DNA of 64,000 nucleotides from Chitinimonas koreensis. GTDB lineage: Bacteria > Pseudomonadota > Gammaproteobacteria > Burkholderiales > Chitinimonadaceae. The stretch lies in assembly GCF_014353015.1 (NCBI RefSeq), contig NZ_CP060704.1, positions 1,282,210 to 1,346,209 on the forward strand, read 5' to 3'. Shown piece by piece: positions 42,601-53,462 of this stretch (positions are counted from its first letter, which is position 1; each line of letters opens with the position of its first letter). Made by a program: the position numbers and the translations under genes. The notes under the pieces are model-generated. The model was not told the origin of the DNA. It saw nothing but the letters and a program-made list of their open reading frames with translations, and did no database searches.

Positions 42601-43599
42601 TCAGCCGCCGGTGGCCGACATGAAGCGCACGATCTTGCCCGGCTTTTCGCGGAATTCGTGGCGTTCGGGCTTGCGCTCGATGGCCTGGCGCAGCGCGGCC
42701 TCGAGGCCGGCGTCGTCGATGCCGCCGCGCAAGAGCGGCCGCAGCTCGAGCTTGTCGTCCTGGCCCAGGCACAGGTAGAGCGTGCCGTCGACCGACAGCC
42801 GCACGCGGTTGCAGGTGGCGCAGAAGTGCTGCGAGATCGGCGTGATGGCGCCGAGCGTGAAGCCGCCGTCGCGGCTTTGCCAGTAGCGCGCCGGGCCGCC
42901 GCCGAGCTCGCGTGCGCTCGGAGCCAGGTCGAAGCGCTGCGCCAGCGCGGCGATCACCTGCTGCAGGTCGACGTGTCGCGAGGCGCGGCCGCTGTCGCCG
43001 ACCGGCATGGTCTCGATCAGCCGCAGGATGAAGCCGCGTTCGATGCAGAAGGCGACCATGGCCTCGATCTCGTCGTCGTTCACGCCGGCCTGCACCACCA
43101 TGTTGAGCTTGATCGGGGCGAAGCCCTGCGCGCACGCGGCGTCGAGCCCGGCCAGCACCTCGCCGAGCACGTCGCGGCCGGCGATCGCGGCGATCCGTTC
43201 GGCCTGCAGCGAATCGAGGCTGACGTTGATCCGGCGCACGCCGGCGGCGCGCAGCGCGGCGGCATGGCGGTCGAGCCGGGTGGCGTTGGTGGACAGCGAC
43301 AGGTCGTCGACGCCGGGCAGGGCGCCGAGCCGGGCCGCCAGCAGCGGCAGGTCGCGCCGCAGCAGCGGTTCGCCGCCGGTCAGCCGCAGGCGGCGCACGC
43401 CGAGCCGGGCGAAGGCGGCGACCACCCGCTCGATCTCGTCGAACGTCAGCCAGTTGGCCGGTTCCTCGAATCCCTTGAAACCCTTGGGCATGCAGTAGCT
43501 GCAGCGCAGGTCGCAGCGGTCGGTCACGCTCAGGCGCAGGTAGTCGATGCGGCGGCCGTGGCCGTCGAGCAGGACTGGGGTGGAGGTGGGCGCGTTCAT
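42601..43599 (-). CDS. moaA: GTP 3',8-cyclase (molybdenum cofactor biosynthesis protein A)
   Basis: Radical-SAM motif DRCDLRCSYCMP; C-terminal FCATCNRVRLS. Confidence 0.9.
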   Translation of the reverse strand: MNAPTSTPVLLDGHGRRIDYLRLSVTDRCDLRCSYCMPKGFKGFEEPANWLTFDEIERVVAAFARLGVRRLRLTGGEPLLRRDLPLLAARLGALPGVDDLSLSTNATRLDRHAAALRAAGVRRINVSLDSLQAERIAAIAGRDVLGEVLAGLDAACAQGFAPIKLNMVVQAGVNDDEIEAMVAFCIERGFILRLIETMPVGDSGRASRHVDLQQVIAALAQRFDLAPSARELGGGPARYWQSRDGGFTLGAITPISQHFCATCNRVRLSVDGTLYLCLGQDDKLELRPLLRGGIDDAGLEAALRQAIERKPERHEFREKPGKIVRFMSATGG

Positions 43600-43705
43600 A
43601 CGGACTGGGTCGGACGAGATTGCTGCGGATGACGCCCAGTGTAGGCGCTTTGCGCCCTGGCGGGTTCCGGCCGCCGATCGGCCGGGACGCGGCGGAAGGG
43701 TCGCG

Positions 43706-44275
43706 CTACGCCGCGACCGGGCAGAACGCGGCGCCGTCGGCGAAGGTCACCGCCACGCCGCCCGGCTCGCGCAGCCAGTCGACCAGGTCGATGCGCGGCG
43801 CGGCCAGCCGCCGGCGCAGCTGCGGCAGCACGCGGTGGGTGAGCAGGCAGACGCCCGAGGGCTCGATGCCGTCGCACACCGCGTAGGCGTACGGCGCGTC
43901 GCTGAGCGCCAGTGGCCGCCACAGCTTGGCGGCGGCGTCGAACGGCAGCTCGGGCAGGTCGCACGGCACCACCAGCAGGCAGTCGGCGTCGCTGGCGCTC
44001 AGCGCGGCTTCGAGCGCGGCCAGCGGGCCGGGCCAGTCGGCGAAATTGTCGGCGACCGGCTCGAAGCCGAGCCGGCGATAGCTGTCGTGATGGTCGTTGG
44101 CGCTGGCGAACACCGTGTCGGGCAGGCAGCTCTGCCGCTGCAGCCGCTCGCGCGCATGCAGCGCCAGCGGGCGGCCGCCGTGCAGCGCCAAGCCCTTGTC
44201 GCCGTGCGGGCGCTGGCGGCTGGCGCAGAGGATCAGCGCATCGAGTTCGGGTTGCCACGGTACCGAGATGGTCAT
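43706..44275 (-). CDS. mobA: Molybdenum cofactor guanylyltransferase
   Basis: MobA-like ~190 aa (LHGGRPLALHARERL...LVVPCDLPELP). Start could also be 44308. Confidence 0.65.
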   Translation of the reverse strand: MTISVPWQPELDALILCASRQRPHGDKGLALHGGRPLALHARERLQRQSCLPDTVFASANDHHDSYRRLGFEPVADNFADWPGPLAALEAALSASDADCLLVVPCDLPELPFDAAAKLWRPLALSDAPYAYAVCDGIEPSGVCLLTHRVLPQLRRRLAAPRIDLVDWLREPGGVAVTFADGAAFCPVAA

Positions 44276-44431
44276 GCCGATTTCCTTGGGGCGTAAGGGC
44301 CAGGTCATGCCGGCGCGCGATGCGAACGGCATGTTGCACTGCGGCAGTCTCAGCCATTTCGGATGCCGGTGAAAGTCTGCCGGCCAGGCTGCCGTCAACT
44401 GTTGCTGCGCCGCCGCAAATTCCGGTCGTTT

Positions 44432-45181
44432 TCATGCTGCGCAGCGCTCCGGCAGGGCCGTGCCGGCGTCGGCCAGCGCCGCGACCTGGCCGATCACCAC
44501 GATGGCCGGGCTGCCCATCGCGGCGGCGCGCGCAGCCTGCGGCAGCCGGCCCAGCGTGGTGGCCAGCCGGCGCTCGTCGGGCAGGGTGGCGCGCTCGATC
44601 ACCGCGGCCGGGGTGGCGGCGGCCAGGCCGGCCGCGATCAGGCCGGCCGCCATGCCGTCGAGGTGGCGCATGCCCATGTAGACCACCAGCGTGGTGTCGA
44701 GCCCGGCCAGCGCGGCCCAGTCGGGTTCGCCGCCGTCCTGGGTGTGGCCGGTGACGAAGGTGACGCCGCGGCAGGCGTCGCGGTGGGTCAGCGGGATGCC
44801 GGCCGCGGTGGCGGCGGCGAGGCCGGCGGTGATGCCGTTGACCACCTCGTGGCGGATGCCGGCGGCGCGCAGCGCCTCGACTTCCTCGCCGCCGCGGCCG
44901 AACACGAACGGGTCGCCGCCCTTGAGCCGGCCGACCACGCGGCCCTGGCGGGCGTGGCGCAGCATCAGCCGGGTGATGAAATCCTGCGGCGTGGAGCGGC
45001 AGCCGCCGCGCTTGCCGACCGCCACGATGCGCGCGTCGGGCCGGGCGTGGGCCAGTACCGCGCGGTTGACCAGGTCGTCGACCAGCAGCACGTCGCAGGC
45101 GCCGATGGCGCGCACGGCCTTGAGGGTGAGCAGCTCGGGATCGCCGGGGCCGGCGCCGATGAGGTAGACCTGGGTGGACAT
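44432..45181 (-). CDS. cobA: Uroporphyrinogen-III C-methyltransferase (SUMT, CobA / CysG C-domain); likely supplies sirohaem for NirB
   Basis: VYLIGAGPGDPELLTLKA...GKRGG...GDPFVFGRGGEE...VVNGITAG. Confidence 0.85.
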   Translation of the reverse strand: MSTQVYLIGAGPGDPELLTLKAVRAIGACDVLLVDDLVNRAVLAHARPDARIVAVGKRGGCRSTPQDFITRLMLRHARQGRVVGRLKGGDPFVFGRGGEEVEALRAAGIRHEVVNGITAGLAAATAAGIPLTHRDACRGVTFVTGHTQDGGEPDWAALAGLDTTLVVYMGMRHLDGMAAGLIAAGLAAATPAAVIERATLPDERRLATTLGRLPQAARAAAMGSPAIVVIGQVAALADAGTALPERCAA

Positions 45182-45257
45182 CGCGTGCTCCTGGCGGTCG
45201 GGTTGACTGGAAATCGGAAGGCGGAAGTCGCCGAGGCCGTGGCAATGGTCGGGTGCG

Positions 45258-45350
45258 AGGTCACTGGGCGGCCTGGCAGGTCGGGCTTCATGCCCGACAG
45301 CGCCATCTGCCAAGGGCGCTGTCGGGCGTAAAGCCCGACCTAGGGGAGCG
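45258..45350. repeat. REP-like element, family C
   Basis: GGCAGGTCGGGCTTCATGCCCGACAGCGCC...CTGTCGGGCGTAAAGCCCGACCT. Confidence 0.7.
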
Positions 45351-45381
45351 TCCGGCGTCGCTGCGGTCGACGGGCGCATCG

Positions 45382-48378
45382 CTAGGCCGCCTCGCCTGCG
45401 ATGGCCGGGCGCGGCGCGGCCGCCATGCGCTTGAGCTCGGGGATGCAGGAGCCGCACTTGCTGCCGCAGCCGAGCCGCGCCTTGAGGCCGTCGAGGTCGC
45501 AGCCCTCGGCCAGCGCGGCCTCGATCGCGTCGGCGGCGACGTCCATGCAGTTGCAGACCACCTTGCCGCGGCTCTGCTGGCCGCTCGGCGGCGAGGCCAG
45601 CGGCGCCAGCAGCCAGGGCCGCAATGCGGCCGCCTCGGCGCCTTCGGCGATCAACTGCCTGAGCCAGTCCTGCGCCGCCGTCTCGCCGCACAGGCGGATG
45701 CCGACCAGCCGGCCGGCGCGGATCTCGGCGTGCTTCTCCACGCCGCGGCGCGCGTCGCGGTAGCTCAGCGTGGCGAGCGGATCGTCGAAGCCGAACACCG
45801 CGTCGAGCCGGGCCAGGAAATCGGCCGGCGGCGCAGCGCGATGGGCCAGCCGCAGGATCACCGCCGGCCGTTCGCGCCCGAACAGGCCGACCGTGCCGTA
45901 GTCGAAGCCGGCCAGCAGCGCGGCGGCGCGGTGCATCAGCGCGACCGCGTCGGCGCTCTGCTTCATCGCCACCGCCTGCCACGGCAGCTCGGCGCGTTCG
46001 AGCCGCACCGCGGCGTGCTTGAGCTCGGGCTGCTTCGACACCGGGTCGACCTTGGCCAGCGTCAGCGCATTGCTGCCGTCGCCGGCCATGAAGCGGCCCG
46101 ACCAGTGCATCGGCAGGAACACCTCGCCGCGGCGCTGGGCGTCGCTGGCCTCGACCCGCAGCACCAGGCTGCCGCGGCGGCTCCTGATGCGCGCCAGCGT
46201 GCCGGGCGCGATGCGGGCGGCGGCCAGGTCGGCCGGGTGGACCGCCAGCCGCGGCTCGTCGGCGTGGCTGAACAGCCGGGCCACGGTGCCGGTGCGGCTC
46301 ATGCCGTGCCATTGGTCGCGCAGCCGGCCGGTGTTCAGGCGCAGCGGGTAGCGCGCGTCGGTCTTCTCGGCCACCGGCAGGTAGTCGAGCGCGACGAAGC
46401 GGGCGCGGCCGCTCGCGGTGGGGAAGCGGCCGTCGGCGTAGAGCCGCGCGGTGCCGTGGGCGGCGCCGGCGGGGTAGGGCCATTGCTGCGGGCCCTGGGC
46501 ATCGAGCAGGGCGTAGCCGAGGCCGCCGATGTCGAGGTCGCGGCCGGCGGTGGTGCGCTTGTGTTCTTCGAAGATCGATTCGGGGTCGGCATAGGGGAAG
46601 AGCGTGCGGCCGCGGGGGACCGGCGCGCCGCCCTCCCTCTCTCCCTGGGAGAGGGCCGGGGTGAGGGGGCGCGGTTCAGGCTGGACTGCGTGCTCCAGCG
46701 CGATCGGAATGGTCAGCGCTGTATTTTCCGGTGTGTACGAAGCGGTCTGCGCGCTTTTCTCCGGCAGCGAGCGCTCCGCCGGCGCTCCCTCACCCCCGGC
46801 CCCTCTCCCGGGGGAGAGGGGAGCGGCAGGTCGGACTTCAGTCCGGCGGCGTTCTTGGCCGACGGTGCCGCCGGACTGGGGCCGGCCTGGCCGGCAGGCG
46901 CCGTTCCAGCCGGCGGGCGAAATCGGCCGCGATTTGCCAATCGTGGCGCGCCTCGCCCGGCGCCGGCACGGCGGCGTGCACGCGGGTGATGCGGCGTTCG
47001 GAATTGGTCACCGTGCCGTCCTTCTCGGCCCAGCTCGAGGCCGGCAGCAGCAGGTCGGCGTAGGCGGTGGTGTCGGTGTGGGCGTAGGCCTCCTGCACCA
47101 CCACGAATTCGGCGGCCGCCAGCGCGCGGCGCACCTGGGCGCTGTCGGGCATCGAGTGGGCCGGGTTGGTGCAGGCGATCCACACCGCCTTGATCTCGCC
47201 GCGCTCGACCGCCTCGAACAGTTCCACCGCGGTCTTGCCCGGCCGCTCCGGCACCGACGGCACGCCCCACAGCGCGGCGACCTCGGCGCGGTGCTGCGGG
47301 TCGGCCAGGTCGCGGTGGCCCGACAGCAGGTTGGCCATGCCGCCGACCTCGCGGCCGCCCATCGCGTTGGGCTGGCCGGTCAGGCTGAACGGCCCGGCGC
47401 CGGGCCGGCCGAGCTGGCCGGTGGCGAGGTGCAGGTGGATCAGCGCGGCATTCTTGTCGGTGCCGTGGCTGGACTGGTTGAGCCCCATGCACCACAGCGA
47501 CAGCGCGGCCGGCGCGGTGCCGAACCATTCGGCCGCGCGCACGATGTCGTCGGGCCGGATGCCGCACAGCTCGGCGGCGAAGCGCGGCGTGTATTCGCGG
47601 ATGCGGCGCTTGAGCGCCTCGAAGCCCTCGGTGTGGGCGGCGATGTAGTCCTCGGCGATCCAGCCTTCCCACACCAGCACGTTGAGCATGGCGTGGAACA
47701 GCGCGACGTCGGTGCCGGGCAGGATGGCCAGGTGCAGGTCGGCCAGCTCGGCGCTGTCGGTGCGGCGCGGATCGACCACGATCAGCTTCATGCCGGGCCG
47801 CGCCGCCTTGGCCTCCTCGATGCGGCGGAACAGCACCGGGTGGGCATAGGCCGGGTTGGCGCCGGCGATCAGCAGGCAGTCGGCCAGCGCCAGATCCTCG
47901 TAGCTGCACGGCGGCGCGTCGGCGCCGAGCGTGGCCTTGTAGCCGGCCACCGCGCTGGACATGCACAGCCGCGAATTGGTGTCGATGTTGTTGCTGCCGA
48001 TCAGGCCCTTGGCCAGCTTGTTGAAGACGTAGTAGTCCTCGGTCAGCAGCTGGCCGGAGATATAGAAGGCGACGGCGTCGGGGCCGTGCTCGGCGACGAT
48101 CGCGGCGAAGCGGTCGGCGGCGTGGTCGAGCGCGGTGTTCCAGTCGACCCGGCGGCGCGCTTCGCTGCGCGCGGTGCGCAGCTCGGGATGCAGCGCGCGG
48201 CCCTGGCGCATGTCGGTCAGGTGCAGGGTGGCGCCCTTGCTGCACAGCCGGCCGAAGTTGGCCGGGTGGTCGGGATCGCCCTCGACCTGGACGACCCGGT
48301 CGCCGTCGGCGTGGATCAGCACGCCGCAGCCGGTGCCGCAGTAGCAGCAGGTCGATTTGACGATGTGGGGGCGGGCAT
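45382..48378 (-). CDS. nasA: Assimilatory nitrate reductase catalytic subunit NasA (molybdopterin oxidoreductase with C-terminal BFD-like [2Fe-2S] domain), interrupted by a family A repeat (46610-46835) and at least two frameshifts
   Basis: N-term MPAP(H)IVKSTCCYCGTGCG 4Fe-4S motif (shift in a CCCCC run near 48365). Mid-domain in the 46838..48322 frame. C-terminal MoCo/BFD domain (CNCMDV..CGSKCGSC) in the 45382..46374 frame. Confidence 0.8.
46610..46835. repeat. Family A inverted-repeat element (MITE-like) lying inside nasA
   Basis: Arms CCCTCCCTCTCTCCCTGGGAGAGGGCCGGGGTGAGGG and CCCTCACCCCCGGCCCCTCTCCCGGGGGAGAGGGGAG flank a lower-GC ~120 bp core. Confidence 0.65.
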
Positions 48379-48412
48379 GCGCGGGCTCCGGTGATCGGCG
48401 GGCGGGACGAGG

Positions 48413-48727
48413 TCAGGCGTCGGTGTCGAGGTAGACCTCGCCGCCTTCGAGCCGCACCGGGTAGCGGCGCGCGCAGCCGACGTCGGGCGCCTGCGCCTGG
48501 CCGCAGCCGAGGCCGATCTGCCAGCCGTGCAGCGGGCAGGCGACGGTGTCGCCGTAGACGATGCCCTGCGACAGCGGGCCGCCCTTGTGCGGGCAGCGGT
48601 CCTCGAGCGCGAAGACGGCGTCGGCGGCGGTGCGGAACACGGCGATGTCGCCGGCCGGGTGGCGCACCACGCGGGCGCCGAGCGGGGGGATTTCGGTTAG
48701 CGGGCAGATGTGTTTCCAGGTGCTCAT
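48413..48727 (-). CDS. nirD: Nitrite reductase [NAD(P)H] small subunit (Rieske-type)
   Basis: CPHKGGPL...CPLHGW Rieske motifs; 104 aa. Confidence 0.9.
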   Translation of the reverse strand: MSTWKHICPLTEIPPLGARVVRHPAGDIAVFRTAADAVFALEDRCPHKGGPLSQGIVYGDTVACPLHGWQIGLGCGQAQAPDVGCARRYPVRLEGGEVYLDTDA

Positions 48728-48740
48728 GTCTGATCCTTGT

Positions 48741-48945
48741 GAGGTGGGAGGGGTGAGGGTGAGGTGTAACCCCATCCCCACCCCGGCCCTCCCCTTGAAG
48801 GGGAGGGAGTGATGCGGTGACGCCTGAACGATCGTCGACGGTTCCGATCGATGCGGCCTGCTCCTCCCCCTTCAAGGGGGAGGTTGGGTGGGGGGTGGGG
48901 TTACACCTCACCCCTCACTCCTGACCCCTCACGCGCCGATCGCCT
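48741..48945. repeat. Family A palindromic element between nirD and nirB
   Basis: GGGTGAGGGTGAGGTGTAACCCCATCCCCACCCC..CCCCTTGAAGGGGAGGG...CCTCCCCCTTCAAGGGGGAGG..GGGTTACACCTCACCCCTCAC. Confidence 0.75.
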
Positions 48946-51370
48946 CGTACTCATGCCGCTGCGCCCCGCGCACCCGCTCGGCCCAAGGGTCCTGGCCGAA
49001 GCTCAGCGCATACTTCAGCCGCTCGAACAGCTCGCGCCGGCGGCCGGCGTCCTCCACCACCTGGCGGCGCGCATGCTCCAGGCCGACGCGCGCCAGGTAG
49101 TGCACCGTGCGTTCGAGGTAGAAGCCCTCCTCGCGGTAGAGCTGCAGGAAGGCGCCGCTGTACTCCATCACCTCCTCGGCGCTGGCCACCTTGGCGAAGA
49201 ACTGGGCGACCTCGGTCTTGATGCCGCCGTTGCCGCCGACGTACAGCTCCCAGCCCGATTCCACCCCGATCACGCCGACGTCCTTGATGCCGGCCTCGGC
49301 GCAGTTGCGCGGGCAGCCGCTGACCGCCAGCTTCACCTTGTGCGGGCTCCACATGCAGGCCAGCATGGTTTCGAGGTCGATGCCCATCTGCGTGCTGTTC
49401 TGCGTGCCGAAGCGGCAGAACTCCGATCCGACGCAGGTCTTCACCGTGCGGATCGACTTGCCGTAGGCGTGGCCGCTCGGCATGTCCAGGTCGCGCCAGA
49501 CGCCGACCAGGTCTTCCTTCTTCACGCCCAGCAGGTCGATACGCTGGCCGCCGGTCACCTTCACCAGCGGGATGCGGTACTTGTCGGCCACGTCGGCGAT
49601 GCGGCGCAGCTCGGCCGCGTTGGTGACGCCGCCCTTCATCTGCGGCACCACCGAGTAGGTGCCGTCCTTCTGGATGTTGGCGTGCACCCGCTCGTTGACG
49701 AAGCGGCTCTGCGGGTCGTCCTGCGCCTCGCCGGGCCAGGTCGAGATCAGGTAGTAGTTGAGCGCCGGCCGGCACGAGGCGCAGCCGTTCGGGGTGCGCC
49801 ATTCGAGCGCGCGCATGGTGTCGGGGATGGTCAGCAGGTGCCGCTCGCGGATCGCGTCGCGCACCGCCTGGTGGGTGCGGTCGGTGCAGCCGCACACCGT
49901 GCGGGTCTTGGGCGTGGCGTCGAAGCTCGAACCGAGGCAGTTCATCAGGATCTGCTCGCACAGGCCGGCGCAGGAGCCGCACGAGCCCGAGGCCTTGGTG
50001 TGCTTCTTCACCTCGTCCAGCGTGGTCAGGCCCTGCTCGCGGATCGCCTTGACGATGACGCCCTTCTTCACGCCGTTGCAGCCGCACACCTCGGCGTCGT
50101 CGGCCATCGCCGCGGCGCGGTTCTCGCCGGCGTGGCCGGTGTCGCCGAGGTTCTGCTCGCCCCACATCAGGTGGTCGCGCATCGCGCCGACCGGGGCGCC
50201 GTCCTTGAGCAGGCGGAAGTACCAGGCGCCGTCGGCGGTGTCGCCGTAGAGGCAGGCGCCGATCAGCCGGTCGTCCTTCAGCACCAGCTTCTTGTAGACG
50301 CCGCCGACCGGGTCGGCCAGCGTGATCTCCTCGCAGCCTTCGCCGCCCATGAAGTCGCCGGCCGAGAACAGGTCGATGCCGGTGACCTTGAGCTTGGTCG
50401 ACAGCACCGAGCCGGTGTAGCGGCCATAGCCCCAGCCGGCCAGGTGGTTGGCGCAGACGCGCGCCTGCTCGAACAAGGGCGCCACCAGGCCGTAGGCGGT
50501 GCCGCGGTGGTTCACGCATTCGCCGACCGCGTAGATGCGCGGGTCGAAGGTCTGCAGCGTGTCGCTGACCACGATGCCGCGGCTGCACTGCAGGCCGGCC
50601 GATTCGGCCAGCTCGGTGTTGGGGCGGATGCCGACCGCCATCACCACCAGGTCGGCCGGGATCTCCTCGCCGTCCTTGAAGCGCAGCGCGGCGACCCGGC
50701 CCGGCTCGGCCGCGCCGGGACCGGCGCCGACCAGTTCGGCGGTCTGCTTCTGCAGCGCGAACTTCAGCCCGCGCTGCTCCAGCGAGGCCTGCAGCAGCTT
50801 GCCGGCGACGCGGTCGAGCTGGCGTTCGAGCAGCCATTCGCCGATGTGCACCACCGTCACGTCCATGCCGCGCAGCTTGAGCCCGTTGGCGGCCTCGAGG
50901 CCCAGCAGGCCGCCGCCGATCACCACCGCGTGCTTGTAGCGGCCGGCCGCCGCGATCATCGCCTCGGTATCGGCGATGTCGCGGTAGCTGATCACGCCGG
51001 GCAGATCGCGCCCCGGCACCGGCAGCACGAACGGTTTGGAGCCGGTGGCGATCAGCAGCCGGTCGTAGTGCGCCTCGCTGCCGTCGTCGGCGTGGACGAT
51101 GCGGCGCAGCCGGTCGATCTTGACCGCCTTGCGGCCCAGGCGCAGGTCGATGCCGTGCTCGGCGTACCACTCGAGCGGGTTGAGGACGATCTCGTCGACC
51201 GTCTGCTCGCCGGCCAGCACCGGCGACAGCAGGATGCGGTTGTAGTTGGGGTGCGGCTCCTCGCCGAACACGGTGATCTCGTAGCGGTTCGGCGTGAGCT
51301 TGAACAGTTCTTCCAGCGTGCGTACGCCGGCCATGCCGTTGCCGATCATCACGAGTTTCAGTTTTTGCAT
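48929..51370 (-). CDS. nirB: Nitrite reductase [NAD(P)H] large subunit
   Basis: MQKLKLVMIGNGMAG.. FAD/NAD Rossmann folds, BFD-like [2Fe-2S], sirohaem/4Fe-4S domain (CxxxC..C); 813 aa. Confidence 0.9.
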   Translation of the reverse strand: MQKLKLVMIGNGMAGVRTLEELFKLTPNRYEITVFGEEPHPNYNRILLSPVLAGEQTVDEIVLNPLEWYAEHGIDLRLGRKAVKIDRLRRIVHADDGSEAHYDRLLIATGSKPFVLPVPGRDLPGVISYRDIADTEAMIAAAGRYKHAVVIGGGLLGLEAANGLKLRGMDVTVVHIGEWLLERQLDRVAGKLLQASLEQRGLKFALQKQTAELVGAGPGAAEPGRVAALRFKDGEEIPADLVVMAVGIRPNTELAESAGLQCSRGIVVSDTLQTFDPRIYAVGECVNHRGTAYGLVAPLFEQARVCANHLAGWGYGRYTGSVLSTKLKVTGIDLFSAGDFMGGEGCEEITLADPVGGVYKKLVLKDDRLIGACLYGDTADGAWYFRLLKDGAPVGAMRDHLMWGEQNLGDTGHAGENRAAAMADDAEVCGCNGVKKGVIVKAIREQGLTTLDEVKKHTKASGSCGSCAGLCEQILMNCLGSSFDATPKTRTVCGCTDRTHQAVRDAIRERHLLTIPDTMRALEWRTPNGCASCRPALNYYLISTWPGEAQDDPQSRFVNERVHANIQKDGTYSVVPQMKGGVTNAAELRRIADVADKYRIPLVKVTGGQRIDLLGVKKEDLVGVWRDLDMPSGHAYGKSIRTVKTCVGSEFCRFGTQNSTQMGIDLETMLACMWSPHKVKLAVSGCPRNCAEAGIKDVGVIGVESGWELYVGGNGGIKTEVAQFFAKVASAEEVMEYSGAFLQLYREEGFYLERTVHYLARVGLEHARRQVVEDAGRRRELFERLKYALSFGQDPWAERVRGAQRHEYEAIGA

Positions 51371-51479
51371 GGCTGGGCTCCGGGGAGGCGCCGTCCGCGC
51401 AGGCGGCGGCTGGGGTGGATTGCATGGGTTTGGAATGCGGACCTGGAGAGGCGAAGGGCAGGGCGAGCGGCGGGGCGAG

Positions 51480-53310
51480 GGAAGCCAGGCCGGCCGTGCG
51501 CAGCGGCCTGGCGGCGGCCGGCGCCGCGGGCTGCTTCGCCTGCTCCCTGGCGGGCCCCCGTGTTTCGACGCGGGACTTCGTTTTTGCGCGGCGGCCGGTT
51601 CGCGGCTCAGCAGGGCGAACAGCAGCACGACGTTGCAGCCGAGCGAGGCCAGCGCCAGCGCCTGCCACAGCCGGCCCGGCGCGCGCCGGGCCAGCGGGCT
51701 GCGGCGCGCCACCGCCAGCGGCCGCGCCTCGCCGAGCTCGAGCGCCAGCCGCAGCTCCTCGGCGGTCTCGAAGCGCTGCGCCGGATCGCGCGCCACCGCC
51801 TTGAGCAGCACGCTTTCGAGCCACACCGGCAGGTCGGGCCGGTAGCGCGTCGGCGGCACCGGGTCGCCGAACTGCGGCGCCTGGAACGGCTCGATCTCGC
51901 CGTAGGGATAGCGCCGCGTCAGCGCGTGGTAGAGCGTCACGCCGGCCGCGTACAGGTCGCTGCCCGCGCCGGCCGCGCCGCCGGCGAACAGCTCGGGCGC
52001 CAGGTAGCTCGGCGTGCCCGGCGTCTCGCCGCGCTCGGCGGTGATGCCGGGCAGTGCGCCACGCCGAGGTCCAGGAGGCGCAGCCGGCCGTCCGGGTCGA
52101 GGTGCAGGTTGGCCGGCTTGACGTCGCGGTGGACGATGTCGAGCCGGTGCAGCGCGCCGAGCGCGCGCGCCAGCCGCAGGCCGATGCGCACCGCCTCGGC
52201 CGCGCCGATCCGCTCGCCGCGCTCGAGCCGGGCCGCCAGCGTCTCGCCCGGGTACCAGCGCATCGCCAGCAGCAGCCACTGGCGGTCGGCCGGTTCGACC
52301 GGCTCGGGCAGGTAGCGGCTGGCGGCGCGCTGCAGCAGCCAGCCCTCGGTCAGCAGGTCCTCGGCCTGGGCCGGGTCCTGCGCCGCCAGCGCGGTCAGGG
52401 TCTTGAGCACCACGCGCTGGCCCTGGCCGTCGCGCGCCAGGTAGACCAGGCTGCTGCGGCTCTCGGCCAGCAGCGCCTCGACGGTGAAGCCGGCGATCGC
52501 CTGGCCGGGCCTGAGCCGCGGCGGCACCGCGCGGCCGGCGGCGCCGGCCACTTCGTCGAGCAGCCGGCCGGCCGGCAGCGACTCGACCCGCAGCACCACG
52601 GCCGAGACGTTGTCCTGCGAGCCGGCCGCCAGCGCCGCCGCGACCAGCGCCTCGGCGGCGCGCTGCGGCGCGTCGTGCAGTTGCAGCAGCCGGTGCACCT
52701 CGGCATCGCCGAGCGGCTCCCACACGCCGTCGCACAGCAGCGCGAACACGTCGCCGGCCGCCAGCTCGCCGTCGCGGAAATCGGCCACCAGGTGGGCATC
52801 GAGCCCGACCGCGCGCTTGAGCACGTGGCTGAAGCCGGCGTGCTGCCAGACGTGGTCCTCGCTCAGCTGCTCGCAGCGGCCGCCGCGCAGCAGGTAGGCG
52901 CGGCTGTCGCCGACGTGGGCCAGCGTGTAGCGGCGGCCGCGCAGCACCAGCGCGGTCAGGGTGGTGGCCAGCGGCTCGCCGTGGCGGGCCTGGCCCTGCA
53001 GCCACAGGTTCTGCGCCGCCAGCACGCGGTCGAGCGCATGGGCCGGCTCCCAGGTATCGGGCGTGGCGTAGTAGTCGGCCGCCAGGCCCTTCACCGTGGC
53101 CTGGGCCGCCAGCCGGCCGTCGGCCGACTGGCTGACGCCGTCGGCCAGCGCCGCCAGCCAGCCCTTGGCCGCTTCGAGTCCGGCCGGCGGCTCGATCACC
53201 GCGACGGCGTCCTCGTTGCGCGGCTTGCGGCCGGTTTCGCTGGCGGTGCCGATGGCGAGCGCGAGCATCATGCCGACTCCCGTCCCGGAGCAACGCCTGA
53301 TCGACTGCAC
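51480..53310 (-). CDS. PP2C phosphatase / Ser-Thr protein kinase fusion with C-terminal TM segment (frameshift near 52070; 3' end uncertain)
   Basis: PP2C motifs (AVADGVSQS..; LCDGVW); kinase motifs (VLKTL, HRDVKPANL, DLGVA, SYLAPE); hydrophobic tail LWQALALASLGCNVVLLFALL. Confidence 0.7.
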
Positions 53311-53324
53311 GTTCTAGCGAGCGC

Positions 53325-53462
53325 AGCGAGGCTCCCTCTGGACCACCCCACAAAGCCTTCGACTTTGTGGGGACCCCGGCGCGGCGAGGGCGGGGGAGTA
53401 GGGATGAAACAGGATGAGCCGGTGGTTGAGTACCCGCGGACCTGAAGCGCCCGGCTTTGCCG
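53325..53462. repeat. Solo copy of the family B 149 bp unit
   Basis: GCAGCGAGGCTCCCTC...GGCGAGGGCGGGGGAGTAGGGATGAAACAGGATGAGCC...GCGCCCGGCTTTGCCGGGGGCCTG. Confidence 0.6.
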
